This document shows, piece after piece, positions 1 through 11,800 of a stretch of DNA of 27,397 nt. Made by a program: the position numbers and the translations under genes. The stretch is from Abditibacteriaceae bacterium. Its GTDB lineage: Bacteria; Armatimonadota; Abditibacteriia; Abditibacteriales; Abditibacteriaceae. Positions within the stretch are counted from its first letter, which is position 1. Every line of letters begins with the position of its first letter. The notes under the pieces are model-generated. The model was not told the origin of the DNA. It did not search any database and saw only the letters and a list, made by a program, of their open reading frames with translations. Location: contig JANPJS010000281.1 of assembly GCA_031425655.1 (NCBI GenBank), positions 1 to 27,397 on the forward strand, given 5' to 3'.

Positions 1-840
1 CACTGGGACGAAGATGTCGCCATTCTTTCGGCAGAAAACGTCAGTTTTGCCGTCGAAACTGCCGGTTTAGGCTCGCGTCTGGCGGCGGTCTTCATTGACA
101 TGACGCTGCAAGGCATCGCTTTTGTGATGCTGAGTTGGCTGCTGACGCTGGCCACGCCTTACATTCCCATCAGCGTGTTGCCGATGACTTTTATGGCGGT
201 CATCAGCGGCGGCGGATTTTTGATTTTTTACATTTACTTTTTCTTGTTTGAGTGGCTGTGGGCCGGTCAAACGCCCGGCAAAAAGATGGCCGGACTGCGC
301 GTAATTCACGCTAATGGCCTGCCCGTGACGTGGTGGCCGGTATTTTTGCGAAACCTGCTGCGTGTTATTGATTTCCTGCCGTTTGGCTACGGTGTGGGTG
401 GTTTGGTGGCGCTTTCGGGGCCGCATAATCAGCGCGTAGGCGATGTGGCAGCCGGCACCATCGTGGCGCGCGAGCGGCGCGATGCCAATCACAAGCCGAT
501 TCTCGGCATCGGCGAGGCCGTAGATGCTTTTCTCACCGCGCGCGAAACACCGACCGTCAAAAACGCCGCCGACGCGCATTTGGCCGCCGCCGAAGCGCCC
601 GAAGCCAATCTCGACCCCGAACTCGCGGCGATCCGCATCAAACTTTCGCAGGAAGACTCGGAACTGGTGCGCGAGTTTTTGCAGCGCCGCGCGAAAATGC
701 CGGTTTTAGTGCGCGCCCGCCTCGCGCAATCGCTGGCGCATCGCATCAGCACCAAACTCGGCCACGCACCGCCAGCAGAAGCGCAAAACGAAGCGTTATT
801 GGAATACGTCGCGCGGGCTTTTGAGCATCGCTCGCAGTAA
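1..840 (+). CDS. RDD family membrane protein with C-terminal soluble extension (5' end outside window)
   Basis: Frame 1 is open from base 1 (HWDEDVAILSAENVSFAVETAGLGSRLAAVFID...). It carries the RDD hallmarks AGLGSRLAAxxID, GQTPGKKMAGLRV, RNLLRVID and QRVGDVAAGTIV. The ORF-track start at 100 is internal. Confidence 0.9.
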   Translation, partial: HWDEDVAILSAENVSFAVETAGLGSRLAAVFIDMTLQGIAFVMLSWLLTLATPYIPISVLPMTFMAVISGGGFLIFYIYFFLFEWLWAGQTPGKKMAGLRVIHANGLPVTWWPVFLRNLLRVIDFLPFGYGVGGLVALSGPHNQRVGDVAAGTIVARERRDANHKPILGIGEAVDAFLTARETPTVKNAADAHLAAAEAPEANLDPELAAIRIKLSQEDSELVREFLQRRAKMPVLVRARLAQSLAHRISTKLGHAPPAEAQNEALLEYVARAFEHRSQ

Positions 841-899
841 CCACAAAGACACGAAGACACAGAGAAAATCAATCTTTGTGTCTTCGTGTCTTTGTGGTT
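839..899. repeat. 27-bp-arm palindrome built from 8-9-nt ...AAG units, between convergent RDD and HIT genes; probable bidirectional terminator or REP-like element
   Basis: The left arm aaccacaaagacacgaagacacagaga (839-865) pairs with tctttgtgtcttcgtgtctttgtggtt (873-899) with 1 mismatch (G-U compatible) and a 7-nt loop. Confidence 0.85.
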
Positions 900-903
900 G
901 AAA

Positions 904-1371
904 TTATGATTTGAGCAATCGTAAAAACGCGGCGCGAATCTGTTTTTTCATTTCGCCGTCGCGGGCGGCGTCGAAAGCATATTTTTCGGCTTCGTGGCTT
1001 GGCGGCATACAATTCCACACCGGTTTGAGCGGCTCCGGCTCGCTCGTTTGGCGCGGAAAAACGTGCCAGTGCAGGTGCGGCACGAGATTACCCAAACACT
1101 CGTAATTCAATTTATGCGGCTGCACGACTTCGCGCACCGCTTGCGCCAATAACGCCATTTCTTCGAGGTATTTCCCGCGAATCGTGGGCGGCAATTCATC
1201 GAGTTCGGTCGCCGGATGTTTGCACAGCAACAGGCAATAGCCGCGAAAATACTGCGAATCGCCCATGACGGCAAAGCCGGTTTCCGTTTCGGCAATGAAG
1301 CCGGGATGCGTTCCGGCGCGGCATTCGGCGATGCGGCGGCAGATTTCACAATCGTTTTGATGTTGAGCCAT
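904..1371 (-). CDS. HIT family nucleotide hydrolase
   Basis: N-terminal CxxC (CEIC), GYCLLL and the histidine triad NLVPHLHWH; 155 aa. Confidence 0.9.
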   Translation of the reverse strand: MAQHQNDCEICRRIAECRAGTHPGFIAETETGFAVMGDSQYFRGYCLLLCKHPATELDELPPTIRGKYLEEMALLAQAVREVVQPHKLNYECLGNLVPHLHWHVFPRQTSEPEPLKPVWNCMPPSHEAEKYAFDAARDGEMKKQIRAAFLRLLKS

Positions 1372-1429
1372 TTTCTAATTGTAGCGGAGAAGGTCGTCTA
1401 AGTGTTCGGAGGACTCGAACAGCTTTGAG

Positions 1430-1930
1430 TCATTGTGATGGTGGCACGAATTCGCAATTCGGCGCGTATTCAGCGAAAATGGAGCACAATTTGGCTGCAT
1501 CCACTTCGCGCGGGTCGAAGAACACGATTCCCCATTCATTCTGCACATTGAACTTTAAAACTTGAAACGCGGGCGCTACCGGAATAATTTCGACTCCCTG
1601 CACCTCTCGCCATTTAACGAAGCGTGTGTCTCGCAGACGGATGCCTTTTGGGGTTAGTTGACAGGTAAAGTATTTTTGATAGTGCCGCCGCAAAAATCGA
1701 ACATCCAGAGTATGCGCGAGTGGTCGAGCTATCCAAATCATCACAGCAAAGATAATCACGTCTAACACGAAAGCCGGCGCAGGTTTGGATAGATCGTTTA
1801 GGACAAACCAGAGTAGCCCGCCAAAGAGAACTCCAACACCGAGAAGTTCGATAACGCCAACCCGGTTGAAAAATGGTTTTCCGCCACACGCAAAAGGCTC
1901 AGGTTCCTTCCACTCAAGAAGCACACTCAT
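1430..1930 (-). CDS. hypothetical membrane protein (2 TM plus small soluble domain), 166 aa
   Basis: The ATG at 1930 has a GGAGG RBS 6 nt upstream and lies just after the mutM stop. There are two hydrophobic segments. The longer ORF-track start (2086) overlaps mutM and is rejected. Confidence 0.65.
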   Translation of the reverse strand: MSVLLEWKEPEPFACGGKPFFNRVGVIELLGVGVLFGGLLWFVLNDLSKPAPAFVLDVIIFAVMIWIARPLAHTLDVRFLRRHYQKYFTCQLTPKGIRLRDTRFVKWREVQGVEIIPVAPAFQVLKFNVQNEWGIVFFDPREVDAAKLCSIFAEYAPNCEFVPPSQ

Positions 1931-1940
1931 TATTGTCCTC

Positions 1941-2777
1941 CTAAATCGTCTGGCACTTGGGGCAAAAGTGATAGCTGCGGGCGCTTTTGCCGGGGCCGAG
2001 CGTGCCGCGTTCGATGAAGGTGCCGCACACGCGGCAGGGCTTGCCGGTTTGGCCGTAGGCGTCGGGAATAAAGGCGCCGTATTCACCGAAAATGTCCTGA
2101 TAGCCGCCGTCTTTGAGTGTCGCGCCGCGATTGGCGATGGCCTTTTCCAAAACCGGCTTCATGTGCGATACGATGAGTTTCAATTTCTTCAAGGAGACGG
2201 CGTTGGCAGGTGTCGCGGGATGCACGCCGGCTAAAAAGCAGACTTCGTCCGCGTAAATGTTGCCCAGCCCGGAAACGAGTTTTTGGTCGAGCAGCGCGGC
2301 TTTGATTTTCACGCTGCGTTTGGCCAGCGATTGCGTCATCGCGTCTTCGTCGAAATCGGCGTCCAGCGGTTCAGGGCCGTAAGCTTTGAGAAAGTCCAGA
2401 TTTTCGCTGACGGCTAAGGCGCCAAAGGTGCGCGGGTCGGTGAAAACCAGTTGGCGCGCGTTATCGAGTCGCAGCACGGCGTGAATATGTTTGTGCAACT
2501 GCGCCGCGTCGAAATTCGGCGGCGCGTCCTCGACGTGCAGCCTTCCAGTCATGCCGAGATGAATTAAAAGATGCGCGCCGCCTTCGAGCGGAAAATACAA
2601 TTGCTTGCCGCGCCGCCGCGCCGACAGCACGGTTTGGCCTTGTGTTCCGGCCACGAAAGCCTCAACGCTCGGCTGCGTGATGCGTGGCAGGCGCGCCCAC
2701 GAGAAAAGAACGCGCCGCCCCACGATTTGCGGTTCGAGCTGGCGGCGCACAGTTTCAACTTCGGGTAATTCCGGCAT
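1941..2777 (-). CDS. mutM: formamidopyrimidine-DNA glycosylase / AP lyase (Fpg)
   Basis: N-terminal MPELPEVE, RRGK, IHLGMTG, DPRTFG, the H2TH motif LLDQKLVSGLGNIYADE and a C-terminal CxxC...CxxC zinc finger. Confidence 0.97.
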   Translation of the reverse strand: MPELPEVETVRRQLEPQIVGRRVLFSWARLPRITQPSVEAFVAGTQGQTVLSARRRGKQLYFPLEGGAHLLIHLGMTGRLHVEDAPPNFDAAQLHKHIHAVLRLDNARQLVFTDPRTFGALAVSENLDFLKAYGPEPLDADFDEDAMTQSLAKRSVKIKAALLDQKLVSGLGNIYADEVCFLAGVHPATPANAVSLKKLKLIVSHMKPVLEKAIANRGATLKDGGYQDIFGEYGAFIPDAYGQTGKPCRVCGTFIERGTLGPGKSARSYHFCPKCQTI

Positions 2778-2832
2778 AAATGAAAGTTTAATCTGCCGCA
2801 GTGATTCGTGTTTGCGCCCAAATTAATCGCGC

Positions 2833-2868
2833 TGTGCTAAAATTACGGCAACTTATTTTGCTTCGAGG
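2833..2868 (+). promoter_or_regulatory. putative extended -10 promoter (TGTG-C-TAAAAT) and RBS (GAGG) for the giant surface-protein gene
   Basis: tgtgctaaaat at 2833-2843 matches TRTGnTAnnnT. gagg at 2865-2868 is 8 nt before ATG 2877. The site lies in the 99-bp divergent intergenic region shared with mutM. Confidence 0.45.
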
Positions 2869-2876
2869 CACCGCCC

Positions 2877-5800
2877 ATGCATCGGTTCTCCCGCTCCGTT
2901 TCCATCGTCGCTTGTTTCTCGCTGTTGGCGTTTTGCGCCGCTTATTCGCCCGCCGCGCGTGGCGCATCGCAGAACGCCGCTTTATTCGCTCCACTGCGCG
3001 TTTTAGCCGGCTTTTTGGGCCTGACTGCGCCCGTTTTGCCGCAAAAGCCGCAAAAAAACATAGCCGCGAAGCCGCAGACGCGCCCGATACGTTTGGCTGC
3101 CGCGCCGCCAACAGGCATCGGGCCGCGCGTGCAAACCTTCACAGTCAACGATACCGGCGATAGCGGCGATGCCACCACCACCGATGGCGTTTGCGACATT
3201 GATCCGACTTCGGGAGGTTGCACGCTGCGCGCGGCGATTGAGCAGGCCAACGCAACGCCGGGCGCCGATATTATTCAGTTCGCCATTTTCGGCACGCCCG
3301 GCGGAGAGCAAACCATCGCTCCCACGTCGCCGCTGCCGATCATTACCGAACAAGTCACCATCAACGGATACACGCAAGATGGCGCCAGCGCCAACACAAG
3401 CACCGGCACTGTGCTTAATACTTCGCTAAAAATTGTCTTGGACGGCACGAGCGCAGGCACCGGTGCTGACGGTTTGACGATAAGCAGCGCCTCCAACTGC
3501 GTCATCAAAGGCTTGAATATTCGCAATTTCGACGATGCCGGCGTCATCATTGATGGTTCGAGTGCGAGTGGCAATACAGTCGAAGGCTGCTTTATCGGCA
3601 CGACCTCAGGCGGCACGAGCGCACTTGCCAATAAAACCGGCATCGCAGTAACGGGCAGCGCGCTAAATAACACCATAGGCGGCACCACGGCAGCGTCTCA
3701 CAACGTCGTCTCAGGCAACATCGGCAACGGCATCACCACGGACAACGGCTGCAATAACAATACGCTGCGGGGCAATTATATCGGTATCAACGCGGCGGGA
3801 ACGACGGCAGTGGCCAATGGCGGCCACGGTGTGCGTTTAAGCTCGATCGGCAACACCGTGTCGGATAACGTCATTTCGGGCAACACCGGCACCGGCCTCC
3901 GCGTATTGGGCGACGGCGCAGCGGGCACCGCGACTATTATTATTCAGGGCAACATTATCGGCCTGAACGCGACGGCAGCCGCCAAAGTGCCGAACGATAA
4001 CGGGCTGTTTATCAACAACCGCGATAACGTAACGGTTGGCGGTCTGTCCACGGCTTTACGGAATACGATTTCCGGTAATACGCGGGAAGGGATTCTCGTC
4101 AGTAATTTCAGCACCGGCAACAGCGTTACGATTCAAGGCAACCGCATCGGCAGCAATGCCAACGGAGATACCAATTTAGGTAACGGCGACGATGGCATTT
4201 TCATAGTTGGCGGCACCGGCGACCAAATTCTCAGCAACCCCATCGTCGGCAACGGCGGCAACGGTATTGAAGTCGCAACTTCCACCGGCGTTGTCATTCA
4301 GCAGAACAATCTTGGTGTTCCGGGCAATGGAAACACGCTTGCGGGTGTATCACTCGTCACTGCAGCTCAAAACACCGTGATAGGCGGCGCCTTTAACGAC
4401 AGCACACCCGGCGGCGAAGGCAACCTCATCGCGGGCAACCGAACCGGCGTTAGCGTTTTTTCCGGCTCCAACGATGCCGTCGGCAACACCATTCGCGGCA
4501 ACACAATTCAGGACAATACGGAACTGGGTATCAACCTTGACGGCGACGGAACCAGCGGCGACGACGTGACGGCCAATGACGATGACCTGTCGGGCGCCAC
4601 CGACGACGACGATACCGGCAACAACAATCTGCAAAACTTTCCGAATATCACTTCGCTTGCGGGCAACAACATCATCGGCAACTTCCATTCGACGCCGGGC
4701 AAAAGCTTCGTTTTGGACTTTTACAGAAACGTCACCCCCGACTCCTCCGGTTTCGGCGAAGGCGAAACGCTGGTGACCAGCCAGCCGGTGACCACCGATG
4801 CCAACGGCGACGCCAACTTTTCGTTCGCGGCGGGCGCGGCGATAGGCAGCGATACCATCACCGCGACGGCAACGCGCACTTCGGCGACGGATGCTACCGG
4901 CACGCGCGGCGACACCAGCGAGTTTTCCGCCGCCGTCGGCGCCGTGCAAAGCTTCACAGTCAACTCGTCAGCCGATACCAACGACGGAGCCTGCAACGCC
5001 ACCAACTGCACGCTGCGCGAAGCCATCAACGCCGCCAATTCCAGCAGCGGCGCCGATATTATTCAATTCGCCATTTCCGGCACGCCCGGCGTTGCGCAAA
5101 CCATTTCGCCCACGTCGCCGCTGCCGATTATCAGCGAAGCCGTGACCATTGACGGCAGTATGCAGCCCGGCTTTAGCGCCACGCCGCTGATCGTGCTGAG
5201 CGGCCAAAATTCTGGAGTGCGCCCGCCCACCAGCTTCGCGGCGGCGCTGCAAATCACGGCGGACAACTGCATAGTGCGCTCTCTGTGCTTCAATAATGGC
5301 TTTCCTGGCGGCATCGAAATTTCCGGCGTCTCAGGCAATGCTCTGGCGAGCAACAACAAAGTCGAGGGCTGCTTCTTCGGCACCAATGCGGCGGGCACGG
5401 CGGCTTCCACACTGAGCGGCCCCGGCATTTCGCTCAGTGATGGCGGCGCGGCGGGCAATGGCGCCACCAATAACATCATCGGCGGCACAACCGCCGCGCA
5501 GCGCAACATCATTAATACCAACAAGCCGAACAGTGGCTTCGGCATTGATATTGAAGGCGACAATACCAGCGGCAACCGCGTCATCGGCAACTTCATCGGC
5601 ACCAACGCGGCGGGAACAGGCGCCATCGGCAGCGCTCACGGCATTGGAATCAGCGCCGGCGCGCACGACAACCTCATCGGCGGCACCACGGCAGCCGAGC
5701 GCAACATCATTTCCGGCAACGACACCGGCGTTTTGATTTACAGCAACGCCAACACGATTCAGGGCAATTACATCGGCACCGACGTTACCGGCAACGCGGC

Positions 5801-8800
5801 CTTAGCGAACACCAATGAGGGAGTTTCGCTGGATGCCGGCGCCGCCGGAAACATCATCGGCGGCACGGCGACCACACCGGGCAGCGGACGCGGCAACGTC
5901 ATTTCCGGCAACGGCGGCCCCGGCGTGGAAATCATCGGACGCAGCTTCGGAACCGGCGCTTTTTCCGCCAATAACATCGTGCAGGGCAACCTGATCGGCC
6001 TCAAAGCCAATGGCGGCGCTTTAGCAAACGCATTCGGCGTGGCGGTGACATTGGGCGCGAACGGCAACCGCATTGGCGGCACCACTGCCGGTCAGGGCAA
6101 CGTGATTTCCGGCAACACATCCGACGGCATTCATTTCTCCGATGCCGGCACCAACAACAACACGGTTCAAGGCAACTTCATCGGCACCAACACAGCGGGC
6201 ACCGGCCCTCTGGGCAATGCCAACGGTGTATTTTTGGGTTTCGATTCGCAAACCAATACCATTGGCGGCACGACCCCGGCGGCGCGCAACATCATCAGCG
6301 GCAACAATGGCGACGGCGTGCAGTTTCCCAATGGCTCTGCCGTAAATAACCTCGTGCAGGGCAACTTCATTGGCCTGAACGCAGCGGGCACGGCAGCCAT
6401 CGCCAACACTGGCGCGGGCGTTACCATCGGCAACGGTTCCAACACCATCGGCGGCGCGGTGGCGGGCGCGGGCAACGTCATTTCGGGCAACACCGGCCAC
6501 GGCGTGCAGTTCAACAACAGCGGAGCCTCCAACACTATCGCCGGCAACTTTATCGGCACCAATGCGGCGGGCACGGCGGACATCGGCAACGGCGGCGACG
6601 GCGTTTCCCTCCGAGGTGGTGGCGGCAGCAACGTCATCGGCGGCACGACTGCGGCGGCGCGCAACGTCATTAGCGGCAACGATGGCAACGGCGTCGGTGT
6701 CACATTCCCCAGTAACACGATTCTCGGCAATTTCATCGGCACCAATGCGGCTGGCACTGCCGCGTTGGGCAACACGCTGGCCGGGGTGCGGCTGCAAGGC
6801 TCCAGCGGCAACATTATAGGCGGCGGCACGGCCAGCGCCCGTAACATTATTTCGGGCAACACAGAGGATGGCGTTCGGCTTACGCTGAACGGAATAACCA
6901 ATACGCGCAATGCCCGCATTGAGGGCAATTTTATCGGCACGGACGTGAATGGCACAGGGGATTTGGGCAACGGGCGCCACGGCATCAATGCCGACGGCGC
7001 CGTAATCACCGACATCGGCAGCGATTTACGCAACGTCATTTCCGGCAACGCGCAAAGTGGCATAGCTATTTCGGGCGATAGCCGTGGCACCTATGCGGGC
7101 AATTTCATCGGCGTGGACGCAAGCGGCAACGTGGCATTGCCTAACTCGGTTGGCATTTTCGTTCAGACCACGTCCAGCCAACAAATCATTGGCGCGGCGG
7201 GCGCAGCGGGCCGCAACGTTATTTCCGGCAACACCAACACCGGTGTTTTGGTGCGCGGCGCGAACTCCAATGCCACCATCGTCAACAACCTCATCGGTTT
7301 GGGCGCCGATGGCACGACGGACGTGGGCAACACGCTGAGCGGCGTTTTGCTGGACGGCGGCGCCAGCGGCAACGCGGTTGGCGGCGGCACCGGCTTGGGC
7401 AACGTCATTTCCGGCAACGGCGGCGGCGTGCGAATCGAAGGCGCCGGCACTAACAACAGAGTTCAGGGCAACATCATCGGGTTGGCGCAGGACGGCGCCA
7501 CGATTCGCCGCAACGACGCGGCAGGGATCAATGTAATCGGCACGGCCAGCACGGACATCGGCGGCATTTCTGCGCCGCTGCGTAACATCATCTCCGGCAA
7601 CGGCGCGGGCATTGTGCTGGACGCTGGAACAACCGCCACTTTCCTCCTCTCCAACTTCATCGGGACCGACATCACCGGCGCGCTGGATCGCGGTAACGAC
7701 GCCGACGGCATCAGCATCAGCAATTCGTCGAATAACACCATCGGCGATGCGGTGGCAGGCACCAACAACGTGATTTCCGGCAATGGCGGCCCCGGCGTTC
7801 ATATCTTCACCTTCGGCGGCGGCACCGCGACCGGCAACAAGATTTACGCCGCCCGCATCGGCACCGGCGCGGCGGGCGCGAGCGTGCAAATTCCCAACAC
7901 CGGCGAAGGCGTACTGATTGATTCCGGCGCCGCCAACAACAGAGTCGGCGATGGCTCCAACAGCCTTGCGAACATCATCGCGTTTAACAACAGTGCGGGC
8001 GTGCGTGTCCCAACGGGCGCGGGCACCGGCAACCAGATCACGCGCAATGCGATTTTCAGCAACGCCGGCCTCGGCATTGACCTCGGCGCCAACGGCATCA
8101 CGGGCAACGACCTCGGTGACGGCGACAGCGGCGCCAACAATTTGCAGAATTTCCCGACTATCACCAGCGTAACGCCGAGCGGCACCAATGTCTTCATCAA
8201 CGGCACGCTCGACAGCGCACCCGGCTCCTACACCATTGAAGTATTCCGCAACACGAGCGCCGACCCATTGGGCAACGGCGAAGGCGAGATTTTCGCCGGC
8301 TCGGCAACCAGCACGGTGCCAACCGCCGGATTAGGCACCTTTAGCCTCCAAGTGCCGGGCACGGTCAGCGACTCCTACACCGCGACGGCCACACGCGCCG
8401 CTGCGCCATTCGACACCAGCGAATTTTCCGTCGCCGTGAGCGGCGCGCAAACTTTCACGGTCAACTCGGCAGCCGATACGGACGACGGCACCTGCACTGC
8501 CGCTGTGAACGGCTGCACGCTGCGCGAAGCCATCAACGCCACGAACGCCAACACCGGCGCCGATACGATTTCGTTCGAGATTCCTGGCGCGGTGGGCGCG
8601 GTTCGCACCATCACTCCGGCTACGGCTCTGCCCATCATCAGCGAAGCCGTCACCATTAACGGCTATTCGCAATCGGGCAGCAGCGCCAATACCCTCGCCG
8701 TCGGCAACAACGCGGTATTGCTGATCCAAATCAGCGGCAACGGCGTGAACGGCGACGGCTTAAGATTCAACGGCGGCAACAGCCTCGTGCGCGGCTTGAT

Positions 8801-11800
8801 TATCAACGGTTTCACCACACCAGATGCCGCGGCCATTCTCTTCTCCAGTTCCAACAACACGGTTTCCGGCTGCTTCTTAGGCACCAATGCGGCAGGAACC
8901 GCAGTGGCAGGCAACGAAAAGGGCGTCCGTATTGGCGGCTTCGGCCTCCCCATCAGCGACGACAACACCGTTGGCGGCGCCTCCGCCGGGGCGCGCAACG
9001 TCATTTCGGGCAACACCGACGAAGGCGTTCTCATCGTCTTCGGCCCAGAGCGTAACACGGTGCAAAACAACTACATCGGCACGGATAAAAACGGCACGGC
9101 GGCTGTGGCCAACGGCGAAGGCGTAGTGCTGGCCATTAGTCCCAACCACCGCGTTTTGGGCAACGTGATTTCCGGCAATCAGGGCAGCGGTATGCGGATT
9201 GATACCGACGGCCTTAATCCCAGCGATGCGTCGGGCCACGTCATTCGGGGCAATTTCATCGGCACCAACGCCAGAGGCACGGCGGCCATTCCCAACGCCA
9301 CCGGCATTTTCATGTCCTCCGGCATCAACAACACCATCGGCGGACTGCTGGCGGGTGAAGCCAACGTGATTTCCGGCAACACGGGCGATGGTGTCGCCAT
9401 GCAGGGCAGCAATACCAATACTATTCAGGGCAACATTATTGGCCTCAACGCGGCGGGCACGGCCAAAGTCGCCAACGGCGGCAACGGCCTGAATCTTACG
9501 CTCAATAGCGTAAACACCATCGGCGGCGCCTCAGCCGCCGCGCGCAATGTCATTTCGGGCAACGGCGCGGCGGGCCTTCGCATTGATCGAGGCAGCGAAT
9601 TCGTGCGCGGCAACTTCATCGGCACCAATGCGGCGGGCACGGCGGCTTTGGGCAACACCGGAGTGGGCGTGCTGATTGTTGAGGGTGCGGGCAACATCAT
9701 CGGCGGCGAAGCAGCCGGAGAACGCAACGTGATCTCCGGCAACGGCGCGAGCGGCATCGTGGTGGGCGGCACCGGCTTCAACGGCAATTCGATTTTCGGC
9801 AACTTCATCGGCACCAACGCGGCGGGCACGGCGGGCTTGGCCAACGCCATCGGCATCACCGTGCAGGAGAGCACACGCAATAACGGCATCGGCCTCGTCA
9901 CGAATTTCTTCAGCGGCGCCGTTACAGGCCGCGCCAATCTCATCGCCTTCAACACCGGCGACGGCGTGCGCCTGCAGGACACAGCAACCGGCAACACTGT
10001 GCGCGGCAACGCCATCCACAGCAATGGACGTTTGGGCATCAACTTAGTGGGCGGAATCGGCGAACTCGGCAACGGCGTCACGCCCAACGACACGGACGAC
10101 GCCGACACCGGCCCGAATAATTATCAAAATTCCCCAGTTCTAAGCAACGTCCGGCAAAGCGGCGGCAACACCTTGGTGGATGTCTCGCTTAACAGCGTGG
10201 GCGGCAGCAATTACCTGCTGGATTTTTACACCAACGCAACGGCTGATCCATCGGGCAATGGCGAAGGCCAAACTTTCGTTGGCACCGACAAGCTCACCAT
10301 TCCCGGCGGTGCGACGACCGCCAGCAAAACCGTCACGTTGACCGGCAACTTGACCAGCAGTTTCCTCACCGCGACGGCCACTTTGGAATTCGGCAACGAT
10401 ACCAGCGAATTTTCCGTCGCCGTGAGCGGCGCGCAAACTTTCACGATCAACTCGACAGCCGATACGGACGACGGCGCCTGCACCGCCGCTGTGAACGGCT
10501 GCACGCTGCGCGAAGCCATCAACGCCACAAACGCCAATGCGGGCGCCGATACGATTTCGTTCGCCCTTTCCGGCACCGGCGTGCAAACCATTAGGCCAAG
10601 CACGCCCCTTCCGGCCATCACCGACCAAGTCACTCTGGACGGCTACTCGCAGCCTCTGGCAACAGCCAATACGTTGGTTAATGGTTTCGATGCCAATATC
10701 CTCATCGCGCTCAGCGGCGAAAACATCGTGGGCGGTGCCAGTGGTCTGGTTGTTCAGGCGAATAACAGCCTCATCAACGGCTTGATTATTCATCGTTTTC
10801 AATCCACGGCTTTAGTTTTCAACGGCAATAACAATCGCTTGGAAGGCTGCATGATTGGGCCGGACAGCGCAGGAACGGGCAACTTCAGCAACGCCAGCAA
10901 CGGCGAGGGCGTGCGCGTTTCCGGCACCGGCAATATTATCGGCGGCGCTTTCGCCGGCAGGCGCAATATTATCAGCGGCAATCGTCTGGACGGCATCAGC
11001 ATCAGCGGCGCGGCGGTGGCCGGCAATAACCGCGTCGAAGGCAACTTCATCGGCACGACCAAAACCGGCTTGGCACCTTTGGGCAACGGGCGCACCGGCG
11101 TGAGCATCAGCGGCCTGACCAACAACACCATCGGCGGCGGCGCCACGGCTTTCCGCAACATCATCAGCGGCAACCAGTCCGGCATCGTGATTTTCACCGC
11201 CAGCAACTTGGTGCAAAGCAATTACATCGGCGTGGGGGTAAACGGAACGACCGCTATCGGTAATCGCGGACGGGGCGTTTTTGTGCAAACCGGCAGCAAC
11301 AACTTTATCGGTGGCGCAGCGCCCGGCAAGGGACAGCCGCGCGGCAACGTGATCTCCAATAACAGTGCCGAAGGCGTTGCCACCAACGGCGCCAACAGCA
11401 CGCGCATTCAAGGCAACATCATCGGTTTGAATGCGCCGGGCACAGCGCTTGCGCCCAACGGCACCGCCGGAATATCGCTGCTTTCCAACAACAACAGCAT
11501 CGGCGGCGCTAACCCCGTTCAAGGCAACATTATTTCCGGCAACGGCACCGTAACCGTGCCCGCCGACGGCCTTCGCATTGACGGCAACAACAACACTGTC
11601 CTGCGTAATTTGATTGGTATCGGCGTCAATGGCTCGACACCGCGCGGCAATACGGGACACGGTATTTTCGTCAATACCTGCAACAACAATGTCATCGGCA
11701 GCAGCACGGCGAGCAACAGCATCGCTCATAACGGCAAAGACGGCGTGCGCGTTACCGAATTTGGCGGCAACGGCGTGGGCAACGCCTTGCTGATCAACCA

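Noticed and set aside
6205..6215. gccctctgggc, resembling the 17-nt insertion motif hairpin
   Set aside because: It encodes GPLG in register with sibling repeats (GTAALGN), adds no length and lacks the GGGT prefix.
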